Shown here piece by piece: positions 10,894 through 19,948 of a stretch of DNA of 64,000 nt. A program made the position numbers and the translations under genes. This DNA comes from an uncultured Chloroflexia bacterium (lineage in GTDB: Bacteria > Chloroflexota > Limnocylindria > Limnocylindrales > CSP1-4): positions 192,001 to 256,000 of the forward strand of contig CAWHXD010000017.1 of the NCBI GenBank assembly GCA_963833225.1. The letters run 5' to 3'. The notes under the pieces were generated by a model that ran no database searches, was not told where the DNA came from, and saw only the letters and a program-made list of their open reading frames with translations. Every line of letters begins with the position of its first letter. Position 1 is the stretch's first letter.

Positions 10894-11340
10894 TTACTGC
10901 CAGAAGCCCGCCGCCGAGTAGGCGTACTTGACGCCGTACAGCTTCTTGACCGACGAGCCGTTGATCCGGTCGATCTTGATCCAGTCGGCGCCGCTCGCCC
11001 CACACGCACCCGCCTCGTAGGGATCGCCGGTCACCGTGCCGGCCACGCGGACCTTGGTCAGCTTCACCGCCCGGACAAGGACCTCGTCGGTCATCGTTGG
11101 GCCTTTCCGGATGGCAACGCCCGCGCACACCGCGAGCATCTTGACGGCCGCGACAGGAGTCGGCTCGGGTGCGACGGTGGGCGCGAGGGTGGCGATGGGC
11201 GCCGTGGTTGCCGCGGGCGACTCCGCCGGGGTTGACGCTGACGTTGATGCCGAGGGCGACGCCTCGGGGCCACCGCAACCGGCGAGCACGACCAGGGCGA
11301 GCGTCGCGGCGAGGCCGCCAACCGTGATCCGACGCAACAT
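10894..11340 (-). CDS. Lipoprotein with SH3-like C-terminal domain
   Basis: GGAGG RBS; lipobox LAGC; Pro/Thr linker; VAIRKGPT...WIKI pattern. Confidence 0.6.
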   Translation of the reverse strand: MLRRITVGGLAATLALVVLAGCGGPEASPSASTSASTPAESPAATTAPIATLAPTVAPEPTPVAAVKMLAVCAGVAIRKGPTMTDEVLVRAVKLTKVRVAGTVTGDPYEAGACGASGADWIKIDRINGSSVKKLYGVKYAYSAAGFWQ

Positions 11341-11590
11341 TCCCGGTCCCTCCATTTCCATGCGGTGCCCGCTCAGGATAGGCGGCCTTGACGAATCGCA
11401 CGCGGCCCGCGCGCAATTCCCGCCCTGCGGGCCTGTTCGATCAGACGGTCGGCATCCGCGAAATGTGAGCGTGCGCACGGGCCTTGAAGATCCTGCCTCG
11501 GGACGGGACCCGGCTCCAGGTGGGTCTTCCCCTGAGCTCTCCTGCTCGGCTCGCGGCCCGACACCGCCATCCGTAGGATGGTTGGCATCC

Positions 11591-11960
11591 ATGGACCTCG
11601 CAGTCGCGCTCGGCATCCTGCTCTCGATCGCCGTGGTGTGGGCCACGTTCCTCGTCATCTTCTGGGCGCTGCGGCCGAGAGGCGCCTCCGCCCGCGAGAT
11701 CGTGGTCCTGATTCCCGACGTGCTGCGGCTGCTCCGCTCGGTCGTCGTCGACCGGACAGCCCCGCTTGATGCCCGGCCCGGGCTGATCGGGCTCCTGGCC
11801 TGGATCGTCTCGCCGATCGATCTGATCCCGGGTTCATCCCGGTCATCGGGCCGCCCGTGACCGACAAGGGGCCTGGTGGGGCCCACGCCCAGTCTGGCGT
11901 TGCTGCTCTACGCCGTCCGTAGACACCGTTGGACACGACTTCGAACGAATGGGACGGGCG
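11591..11960 (+). pseudogene. YkvA/DUF1232 membrane protein, disrupted by indels
   Basis: LIPDVLRLLR...LAWIVSPIDLIP then out-of-frame FIPVIG; gene decay or sequencing error; end approximate. Confidence 0.55.
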
Positions 11961-12004
11961 CCTCGACCCGTGTCCGCCCCAGGGGCGGCGCGGCCGTCGT
12001 CGCG

Positions 12005-12445
12005 TCAAGGACGACGATCGTGGCCCTCCGCCTCGGCCTCCAACCCGGAGTGGTGGGTGACCTCCCAGTCCTCGGCGACCCTGCCGTCCTCGATCCTGCT
12101 GATGTTGATGCCGGCGGTGGTCCAGGCCTGTCCGGTCGGCGGGATTCCCATGAACAGCCCCGTGTGATGACCACGGCTGACAAAGCGCGTGGCCACCAGA
12201 TCACCCTCGGCCACCTGCTGGACGACGCTCGCGTGCCGATCTTCGGACGCGGCGAGGATCGCTGCCGCGAAGGCGCGCACGGCCTCAAGGCCGCGCATCT
12301 GGGAGCCGTCGGAGCCGTGGTGGACGTAGTCCGGGGTGTAGATCTCGGGAATGGCGTCGAGGTTGCGCCGGTTGATCACCTCCTCGAACCACTTGCGGGC
12401 GATCGCCTTGCGTTCATCAGCCCCGCGCGTCTCGCTCCGTGCCAT
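12005..12445 (-). CDS. SnoaL-like ester cyclase (NTF2 fold)
   Basis: VAEGDLVATRF, GHHTGLFMGIPPTG, RIEDGRVAEDW. Confidence 0.85.
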   Translation of the reverse strand: MARSETRGADERKAIARKWFEEVINRRNLDAIPEIYTPDYVHHGSDGSQMRGLEAVRAFAAAILAASEDRHASVVQQVAEGDLVATRFVSRGHHTGLFMGIPPTGQAWTTAGINISRIEDGRVAEDWEVTHHSGLEAEAEGHDRRP

Positions 12446-12589
12446 GTGTTGGCCTTTCACCGTGGCCCTCCCGTTCGCATCGTCCGCCCTCGATCCTGAG
12501 TGCTCACCATACGCTCCGGGCGCACGCCCTCGTCTCGCGACCGCTGATGACCGACACGTCCAGCCCGGTGACTGGGTATCGTGGCGTGG

Positions 12590-13171
12590 ATGGTCACCGT
12601 CGACATCGAGCCGCTCTCGAGCGACAACTGGGACGCTCTCGCCGGACTGTTCGCTGCCGGCGGCGATCCGAAGTGGTGCTGGTGCCAGTTCTGGCGGAAG
12701 GCTGGGTCGAACTGGACGAACACGAGCCCGGCCGACAACCGGGCGTCGCTGCAGGCGCTGGTCGGCTCGGACCCCGCGCCCGGCCTGGTGGCGATGCGGG
12801 ACGGGGTGGCCATCGGATGGGTGGGCCTCGGGCCTCGGGAGGACTTCCCGCGACTGGCCCGCTCTCGGACGCTCCCCCAGCTCCCGGGCGAGGCGGTCTG
12901 GTCTGTGAACTGCTTCGTGGTCGCCCGCCGGGAGCGAGGGCGGGGCGTCGGCGATGCGCTGCTGGCGGCTGCGGTCGACTATGCCCGCGAGCACGGGGCA
13001 CGCCTCGTGGAGGGGTTCCCGGTCGAGACCGGCGGCGAGCGGATGCCGTCGGCCGGGGCCTACACGGGGACTCGCGGCATGTTCGAGCGCAATGGCTTTG
13101 ACGCTGCCGCGCCAACCACGTCGAAGGCCCACGGCGGACGCCCTCGCGTGGTCATGCGTCGGGAGCCGTGA
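12590..13171 (+). CDS. GNAT N-acetyltransferase
   Basis: WCWCQFWR, GWVGLGPRE, WSVNCFVV...RGRGVG, VEGFPV; TATCGT 7 nt before ATG. Confidence 0.85.
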   Translation: MVTVDIEPLSSDNWDALAGLFAAGGDPKWCWCQFWRKAGSNWTNTSPADNRASLQALVGSDPAPGLVAMRDGVAIGWVGLGPREDFPRLARSRTLPQLPGEAVWSVNCFVVARRERGRGVGDALLAAAVDYAREHGARLVEGFPVETGGERMPSAGAYTGTRGMFERNGFDAAAPTTSKAHGGRPRVVMRREP

Positions 13172-13190
13172 TCCGGGCCTGCCGGCACCG

Positions 13191-14079
13191 CTAGAACCCG
13201 AACACCTCGGCGCACGGGTTCTCACCGGCCACGATCGGGCGCACGGTGAGCCCGAACGTTGCGCTGGTCTCCGGGTCCTGGGTCCACTGCGTGAGCTGGT
13301 TTGCGTTCTCCAGGGCGTTCCGAAGCGTGGCGGCCTCCTCCCCGTCCACCAGCCCGCACCGGTAGCTGCCGTCCAGGACGGGCCCGCCGAAGGTGGCGAG
13401 AGGGGTCTCGAGCGGCCAGTCGGCGATCGCGCCCGCGACGCCCGACTGCGGCGCCGGTGGCGGGCCGACGAGGATCGCGTAGGCGGTTGGCGTGTAGGGC
13501 TGCTCCGGCCCAAGCTCCGAAGGGATCCTCTCCGGCAGCGAGGCGATCCGGCGCCACAGCTCGGCAAAGGCCACCGGGCTGCCGGGCTCCAGGACCCCGT
13601 CGACCTCCGGGAAACCGGTCAGCGTGACGAGCTGTCCGTCGACGGTCAGCTCCATCCGCCCGGTCATGCCGCCAGGCAGGCCAAGATCGCCCACGAAGTC
13701 GGCCTTGCCCGACAGGAGTCCCAGTCTCTCGAGCCCAGCCGATGACGGCGTCGCGGCCGGCGTCGCTCACCTGTCGGGAGAGGAGCGGCATCACCAGCGG
13801 ACCGGGGAAGATCGCCGGCACCGCGCCCGGAACAAGAAGCTGACCGTCGCCGGTGATCACGGCGGTGGGCCCAAGCGAGAACAGGTTCTGCGGCGGGATC
13901 GCCTGCCAGGTCGTCATGCGCAGCCAGTAGGTGGAGCCGCCGGCGGCTGGCGACGGGGTCACGCCAACCGGCGTTGGCGGTGGCGATGTGGGACCGACGG
14001 GCGTCGGCAGAGGGGCACCGCAGGCGCCCACGAGCATGGCCGACACGAGGAGGGAGAGGAACGGAGTGGGCCAACGCAT
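13191..14079 (-). CDS. Hypothetical lipoprotein (one frameshift near 13735)
   Basis: Lipobox VGAC, Pro-rich linker, GAVPAIFPGPL; ORFs 13222-14079 and 13191-13694 join into one protein. Confidence 0.65.
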
Positions 14080-14187
14080 CGCTAATCCCTCGGCGGTTGA
14101 GTCACAGGTACATCTTCGCGACGCCCGCTGCGTTCGGCGGGTTCCCGTTGCGTCGCGGCTCGGGGTGTGCCTGCCCGCGGGCAGTTG

Positions 14188-14322
14188 CTGCCAACGAGTC
14201 CAAGGACGACTGCACGTCGCCGAACCCGGCAGAAACCCGGGCGAACCGCTGACGGCGAGTCATGGAGCGCGGATTCCGTCAGCAATGCACGGACGAGTAG
14301 TCGTGCTTTGACTGGATGGCAC
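14188..14322. repeat. Long imperfect inverted repeat (REPIN-like), family A copy 1
   Basis: Arms 14188-14218 and 14292-14322 are about 24/31 complementary; inner GCTGACGG/CCGTCAGC dyad; homologous element at 35343-35519. Confidence 0.6.
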
Positions 14323-14332
14323 GCGTTGCGGC

Positions 14333-14362
14333 TTGACGAGCCTTCGGGCGAGAGCGTAGACT
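14333..14362 (+). promoter_or_regulatory. Putative sigma70-type promoter of the ABC-RsgA operon
   Basis: TTGACG-N18-TAGACT. Confidence 0.55.
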
Positions 14363-14418
14363 CCGCGCCGGTCGAGCAGGTCGCTCGGCACGTCCTGCAT
14401 CCGGAGGCGGCAAGCCAG

Positions 14419-14502
14419 ATGGTGAAGAACGCAGCTTCCTACCCGCGAATGCCCTATGGCATCGGCATCGTCTGCGGGAGAGGTGTGCCCACCACAAGGT
14501 AG
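14419..14502 (+). CDS. Putative leader peptide MVKNAASYPRMPYGIGIVCGRGVPTTR (27 aa; alternative start at Met11)
   Basis: GGAGG at 14403-14407; lies between the promoter and a terminator hairpin in a ~350-nt 5' leader. Confidence 0.5.
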   Translation: MVKNAASYPRMPYGIGIVCGRGVPTTR

Positions 14503-14536
14503 GACGCGGGGCGTAGAGCCCCTGGAGCGACCAACC

Positions 14537-14574
14537 GAGCCGTGGGCCACCGGGCCCCCGGCTCTTTCGTTTAT
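14537..14574 (+). terminator. Intrinsic terminator within the operon leader (attenuator)
   Basis: GAGCCGTGGGCC-ACCG-GGCCCCCGGCTC (11/12 bp paired) followed by TTTCGTTTAT, 140 nt before the first gene. Confidence 0.75.
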
Positions 14575-14713
14575 CTGGGCATGCGCAGGCCCCGATGAAC
14601 CCCGAGCCGCGAGGCCCCCCGATTGCCGGGCCCGCGGCTCGTCCCATGCCTGGGACCCGCGATCCGGCTCTCATCCGAGTCAACAACCCCACCACCCATC
14701 GCAGGAGGGTCCC

Positions 14714-15667
14714 GTGACCACCACCCTCGCACCCGAACCGAAGACGACTACTCCGACGTCGAGCCCGCTGCCGGCCGCCAACGCCGACCTCGAGCCCGCC
14801 GCGCGGATCCCGGCCGGTCCGGACACCGAGGGCATCACCCTCGGGCTCCAGGTCCCGGCCGGCCCGCCGGCCCTCCTCGTCGAGCACGTCACCAAGCGCT
14901 TCAACGTCGGCCGGCACAAGCCCCCGGTCCTCGCGATCGATGACGTCTCGCTCCGCCTGGAGCGAGGGGCGATCCACGGGATCCTGGGCGCCAACGGGTC
15001 CGGCAAGTCGACCCTCATCCGCCTCGTCTCGGGGTTGCTGACCCTGGACGAGGGCCGGGTCGAGGTGTTCGGACTCGACCTCGAGCGCGACGAGCTCGCC
15101 GTGAAGCGGCTCATCAACCGGGTGAGCGTCGATGCGGCGTTCTTCAAGAAGTTGAGCCCGATGGAGAACCTGCTGTTCGCCGCCCGCCTCTACGGCCTCG
15201 ATGCCGGTGGGGCGAAGCGAAGGGCAGCGGAGATCCTGGCCAGGCTTGGCATCGCGCACAGCCGCCTCGGTCGCCCGGTGGAGCAGATGAGCCGGGGGAT
15301 GCAGCAGAAGGTCGCCATCGCGCGAGCCCTGCTGACAAGCCCGACCCTGCTGCTCCTCGATGAGCCCACGACGGGCCTCGATCCCCGGAGCAAGCTCGAC
15401 GTCCAGGCGTTCGTCGAGGAGGTCAACGCCTCGCACGAGGCCACGATCGTCCTCACCACGCACGACCTGGAGGAGGCGGAGCGCCTGTCCGATCGGATCA
15501 CGATCCTCGATGGAGGACGCGTGGTCGCCGAGGACACGCCCGACGGCCTCAAGCGGATGGTCGCCGAGCGGCATGGGCAGCTGCCCACGCTCCACGCCGT
15601 GTTCATGACCTACACCGGTCGCTCCCTTGACGAGGACGTCGAGGAGGACGACGACACCGATGCCTGA
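14714..15667 (+). CDS. ABC exporter ATP-binding protein (DrrA-like)
   Basis: AGGAGG RBS, GTG start; GANGSGKST, MSRGMQQK, LLLDEPTTGLDP, LTTHDLEEAE. Confidence 0.92.
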   Translation: MTTTLAPEPKTTTPTSSPLPAANADLEPAARIPAGPDTEGITLGLQVPAGPPALLVEHVTKRFNVGRHKPPVLAIDDVSLRLERGAIHGILGANGSGKSTLIRLVSGLLTLDEGRVEVFGLDLERDELAVKRLINRVSVDAAFFKKLSPMENLLFAARLYGLDAGGAKRRAAEILARLGIAHSRLGRPVEQMSRGMQQKVAIARALLTSPTLLLLDEPTTGLDPRSKLDVQAFVEEVNASHEATIVLTTHDLEEAERLSDRITILDGGRVVAEDTPDGLKRMVAERHGQLPTLHAVFMTYTGRSLDEDVEEDDDTDA

Positions 15668-15682
15668 CCCGAAAGGAACCAC

Positions 15683-15883
15683 GTGATGCAAGAGCTCGAA
15701 TACCGCATAGCGGTGATCCGGGAGCGCGAGGCGCACCTGCGATCGATCCGCAGCCACGAGCTGGCGGCCAGCTCGGAGGCCCGTTCGATCCGGCTCCAGG
15801 TGGGCGAGTCGATCATCCGACTCGGCCGCCGCGTGGCCGGACACCAGCCCGCCACCCGGGGCAACGCCTTGTGGACCGGTTGA
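15683..15883 (+). CDS. Small hypothetical protein (66 aa)
   Basis: AAAGGA RBS; charged helical N-terminus and RLQVGESIIRLGRRVAG segment; flanked by exact 15-bp direct repeats. Confidence 0.6.
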   Translation: MMQELEYRIAVIREREAHLRSIRSHELAASSEARSIRLQVGESIIRLGRRVAGHQPATRGNALWTG

Positions 15884-15968
15884 CACCGGCCCGGGCGGTG
15901 GCCCCATCCCTGCCCGGGACGACTCCGAACGTGGGTCGTCCCGGACGGGGCCCCGAAAGGAACCACCC

Positions 15969-16772
15969 TTGGCTCTGATCGCGCAGGAGCTGAAGGCCTC
16001 GTACGCCTTCGTCGAGCGCAACTTCTTCCTCACCCGCCGGTACTGGGGGTGGGAGCTCGCGTTCCTCGTCTATTCCGTTGCCGGCGCGCTCTCGATCAGC
16101 CTGATCGGCGCCGCGGCGGGTGACGACCGCCTGCTCCTCACGCTCATCGTCGGCGCGGTGTTCTGGAACTACCTGTCCGTCGTCTTCTCCTGGATCGCCG
16201 AGACGATCGCGGTGGAGCGGTGGGAGGGCACCCTCGAGTACACCTTCATGGCCCCGGTCCGGCGCTGGACCCAGCTGCTGGGCTCGTGCGTGTACGCGAT
16301 GGCGTACGGGCTGATCCACACCGCGGCCATCCTCGTCGTGCTCGTGCTGTTCTTCCCGCAGCTCAACGTATCGGGCATGAACCTCGCCACCGCGGGGGTG
16401 TTCATGCTGCTCGGCTCGTTCAGCTTCGTGGGCATCGGCATGATGGCCGCGATGCTGCCGCTGCTGTATGTGGAGCGCGGGGCGCAGATGACGTTCGTGC
16501 TCCAGTCGTGCCTGCTCCTCGTGTCCGGCGTGTACTACCCGGTCGAGGTGCTGCCGGGCTGGATGCAGGTCCTCTCGCACCTTTCGCCCGCGACGTACGT
16601 CCTCTCGGGCGTGCGAGCCGGGCTGCTGGACGGCACGCCCGCCTGGCAGCTGTGGGGCGACATCCTGCCCCTGATCGTGATGGGCATCGTGCTCATCCCG
16701 GCGGGGCTGTGGGCCTTCGGGCGCGCCGAGCGATACGCGAAGCGCACCGGCAAGCTCAAGCGGGTCGGGTGA
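15969..16772 (+). CDS. ABC-2 type exporter permease
   Basis: ERWEGTLEY, SGVYYPVEVLPGWMQVLSHLSPATY; multiple TM segments; TTG start with AAAGGA RBS. Confidence 0.9.
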   Translation: MALIAQELKASYAFVERNFFLTRRYWGWELAFLVYSVAGALSISLIGAAAGDDRLLLTLIVGAVFWNYLSVVFSWIAETIAVERWEGTLEYTFMAPVRRWTQLLGSCVYAMAYGLIHTAAILVVLVLFFPQLNVSGMNLATAGVFMLLGSFSFVGIGMMAAMLPLLYVERGAQMTFVLQSCLLLVSGVYYPVEVLPGWMQVLSHLSPATYVLSGVRAGLLDGTPAWQLWGDILPLIVMGIVLIPAGLWAFGRAERYAKRTGKLKRVG

Positions 16773-17896
16773 CCACGATGGGAACCTCGACGCTGGCCGA
16801 TCTTGGCTGGGACCCGGGCTGGGCCGCCGCCTTCGGGCCGTTCCACGCGGCAGGATGGCGGCCCGCCCGGGTCGCGGCTGCCCACCGCGACGCCTGGATG
16901 CTCGTCACCAGCGATGGTGACCGGGACGCGGTGATCTCGGGGAGGCTCCGCCACGAGGCGCTGGGGCCGGGAGACCTGCCCGCCGTCGGCGACTGGGTCG
17001 CCGTCGCCGGCGGCACCGACCTGGAAGCCACCCCGGGGACCACGGTCATCCATGCCGTCCTCCCCCGCCGCAGCTCCTTCCGCCGCAGCACCGGCGATGA
17101 ACACCGGAGTCCAACCCTCGGCAGCGAGCAGGTGTTCGCCGCGAACGTCGACATCGCGTTCGTGGTCGCGGGGTTGGACGGCGACTTCAACCTCCGTCGC
17201 CTCGAGCGCTACCTCGCGGTGGCCTGGAGCGGCGGCGCCACCCCCGTGATCCTGCTCAACAAGGCGGATCTCGCGGCGGATCTCGACGGGCAGCGCGTGG
17301 CCGCGGAGGCGGTGGCCCCGGGAGTCGAGGTCCGGCCCATGTCGGCGCTCACTGGTGCTGGGGTCTCGGCGTTGGCGTCAGACCACCTTGCGCAGGGCCG
17401 CACGGCCGTCGTCCTTGGCTCCTCGGGCGTCGGCAAGTCCACCCTGGTCAACGCCCTGCTCGGCCACGAGCGGATGCGGATCTCCTCGGTTCGCGAGGAC
17501 GACTCGAGGGGACGCCACACGACCACCCACCGGGAGCTGGTGCGCCTTCCTGGCGGTGCGCTCCTGATCGACACGCCCGGGATCCGGTCACTGGGTGTGG
17601 CTGGCGCCTCGGACGGCATGGACCGCGCGTTCGCGGACATCGCGGCGCTCGCGGCTTCGTGCCGATTCTCGGACTGCCGCCACGATGCCGAGCCCGGCTG
17701 CGCCGTCCAGGCAGCGCTTGCCGACGGAACCCTCCCGCCCGAGCGCTACGCGAGTCACCGCAAGCTGGAACGGGAGGCGGCACACGTCGCCCGATCCGGC
17801 GACGTCCTCGCGCGCGCCGCCGAACGCCGACGCTGGCGGATCATCCAGACCTCGGTCAAGGGGCACATGCAACACAAGTATGGGAGCGAGCGATGA
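16769..17896 (+). CDS. rsgA: Ribosome small subunit-dependent GTPase A family protein
   Basis: PAVGDWV, AANVD, NKAD, GSSGVGKST, GRHTTT, DTPGIR, CRFSDCRHDAEPGC zinc finger; overlaps the permease stop. Confidence 0.92.
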   Translation: MTTMGTSTLADLGWDPGWAAAFGPFHAAGWRPARVAAAHRDAWMLVTSDGDRDAVISGRLRHEALGPGDLPAVGDWVAVAGGTDLEATPGTTVIHAVLPRRSSFRRSTGDEHRSPTLGSEQVFAANVDIAFVVAGLDGDFNLRRLERYLAVAWSGGATPVILLNKADLAADLDGQRVAAEAVAPGVEVRPMSALTGAGVSALASDHLAQGRTAVVLGSSGVGKSTLVNALLGHERMRISSVREDDSRGRHTTTHRELVRLPGGALLIDTPGIRSLGVAGASDGMDRAFADIAALAASCRFSDCRHDAEPGCAVQAALADGTLPPERYASHRKLEREAAHVARSGDVLARAAERRRWRIIQTSVKGHMQHKYGSER

Positions 17897-18951
17897 CCAC
17901 CATCCACGTGCCGGCGGCCCCGGCCATCCCCGGGCTCTCCTTCAGGCCTGCGACCGCGGAGGACTGGGACGCGATCGCCGGCCTCGTCAACGAGGTGCGC
18001 AAGGCTGATGGGATCGACGAGGTCCGGACGGGCGCGAGCCTTGCCAGCGAGTACCCGGAATCGGCGGATTTCGCCTTGGCCCGCGACATGCTCCTCGCCG
18101 AGGTCGACGGACGCCTGGTCGCGTATGCGATCGGACACCGGGTCATCCGTGACGGGATGCCGGTCGGCCAGACCGACGGCGCCGTCCACCCCGCATTCCG
18201 CCGGCGCCGGCTCGGGACAGCGCTCCACCAGGCCGTCGTGGACCGGCTGCGGGCCGAGTTCGCCGCTGACCCCGTTCCGGGCCCGCGCCAGCTGCGCACC
18301 TTCGCCCTCGAGGAGGAGACGGGCTGCCGGGAGCTCCTGGTTGAACAGGGCTTCGTGCCCGTCCGGTACGGCTTCGTGATGCGCCGGTCCCTCACCGGGA
18401 TGCTGCCCGAGCATCCCCTGCCAGAGGGCCTCGAGCTGCGCCCGGTAACGGAGGACCAGCACCGCGCGATCTTCGACGCCAACAACGAGGCGTTCGAGGA
18501 CCACTGGGGTCACCGTCAACCCACCGAGGCCGACTTCACCAGGCACTTCCAGGGTCCGGACATCAACCCGGGCATCTGGTGCGTGGCCTGGGCCGGCAAC
18601 GAGATCGCGGGAGTGGTGATGAACATGATCTCGGCGAGCGAGAACGAAGCGCTGGGCATCCATCGCGGCTGGCTCGACGAGGTCTCGGTTCGCCGCCCGT
18701 GGCGGGGTCGTGGCCTCGGCAAGGCGCTGTGTGCGGCGTCGTTCCGGGTGCTGCGGGACCTTGGCATGGACGAGGCCTGGCTGGGTGTCGACGGGGCGAA
18801 CCCGACCGGGGCGCTCCAGCTGTACGAGGGTCTCGGCTTCCGGGTCCATCACCGGTGGACCGCGTATGGCCGCCCGCTCGACGGACCTGCGCCCGCCGGG
18901 TGGACACCCGACGCGGCCGCGGCACCCGACGCGTCGGCCGGATCCGCGTAG
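17893..18951 (+). CDS. Tandem-domain GNAT acetyltransferase
   Basis: VHPAFRRRRLGT and VRRPWRGRGLGKAL acetyl-CoA motifs, NPTGALQLYEGLGF; ATGA overlap with rsgA. Confidence 0.85.
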   Translation: MTTIHVPAAPAIPGLSFRPATAEDWDAIAGLVNEVRKADGIDEVRTGASLASEYPESADFALARDMLLAEVDGRLVAYAIGHRVIRDGMPVGQTDGAVHPAFRRRRLGTALHQAVVDRLRAEFAADPVPGPRQLRTFALEEETGCRELLVEQGFVPVRYGFVMRRSLTGMLPEHPLPEGLELRPVTEDQHRAIFDANNEAFEDHWGHRQPTEADFTRHFQGPDINPGIWCVAWAGNEIAGVVMNMISASENEALGIHRGWLDEVSVRRPWRGRGLGKALCAASFRVLRDLGMDEAWLGVDGANPTGALQLYEGLGFRVHHRWTAYGRPLDGPAPAGWTPDAAAAPDASAGSA

Positions 18952-18975
18952 GCCGGGCAGCGCGAGGTGGTGCCG

Positions 18976-19557
18976 ATGCCAGTGGCGACCAGGCTGGTCG
19001 ACGAGCGACGCAGCTCGCGGCCGTGATCGCGGCCGCGCTGGTCGTCAGCGGGTGCGGCGGCGGCCCCGCCACGGCGGAGCCTCCGGCGGCGTCGTCATCC
19101 GCGCCGGGATTCGCGATCGCGAGCACCTCCATCGTGCCCGGAGGCGTCATCCCTGCCCGCTTCACCTGCGATGGCGAGGATGCCTCACCCGAGCTCTCGT
19201 GGTCGGAGAGCTCCCGACGCAACGAGCGCGCTGGTGCTGGTCGTCGACGATCCCGACGCCGGGGGGTTCGTGCACTGGATCGTGCTCGACGTGGCGGGGT
19301 CCGCCGAGGGTTCCCTGCCGGAGGGGATCTCGGGCACGCCTGGGGCGCCGCGAGAGGGCATCAACGACTTCGGGGGCGTTGGCTGGAGCGGACCGTGCCC
19401 CCCCTCGGGCGAGCACCACTATCGGTTCACGCTCCGGGCCCTGGCCGCACCACTCTCACTGCCGGGCGCTCCTGGCGGTCGCGACGTGCGCGATGCGCTG
19501 GACCGCTCGACGATCCTCGCGACGGCGGTGCTGGAAGCGACGTACTCCCGGCCCTGA
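18976..19557 (+). CDS. YbhB/YbcL (PEBP/Raf kinase inhibitor-like) lipoprotein, frameshifted
   Basis: VSGC lipobox, FTCDGEDASPELSW, VDDPDAGGFVHW, WSGPCPPSGEHHYRF; start uncertain. Confidence 0.8.
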
Positions 19558-19572
19558 GGCGCGTGCCTGGTC

Positions 19573-19932
19573 CTGCGCGGTACCGCGCGCCGGGTCCGGC
19601 TCGCGGGCCCGCGCGCCGGCTCGGGCACCTGCCTTCCGGATATCACCAGCCGTGATCAAACCGGGCATCCTGGGCAGCGGGCAGCCCACGCCCCGGGCAA
19701 TTCGGGCTGGAGTATCAGCAGTGGTGATGAACCTGGCGATATCGGCTTCGATCCGAGCCTGGATCGGCGGCTGGCGCGCCCGAGGCGCGGGAATGGCGCC
19801 TTTGATCACCGTTGCTGATATTCGGAGGGGCGGGGGTGCAGCCCGTGACGGGCCGGAGGCATGCAGCCCCGTCCGGGCGCGGTACGCCCGGCGAGGGCGC
19901 CCGGTCGTGCAGCTGGCGCGCGGTACGCGCAG
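19573..19932. repeat. Nested inverted-repeat element (MITE/REPIN-like), family C
   Basis: Outer arms CTGCGCGGTACCGCGCGCC / GGCGCGCGGTACGCGCAG; 21-bp AT-richer motif at 19640, 19712 and inverted at 19801. Confidence 0.6.
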
Positions 19933-19948
19933 CGCGGAACCGCGAAGC

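Noticed and set aside
11380-11500. GGCCTTGA direct repeat in the intergenic region
   Set aside because: Only 8 nt with no larger structure supported.
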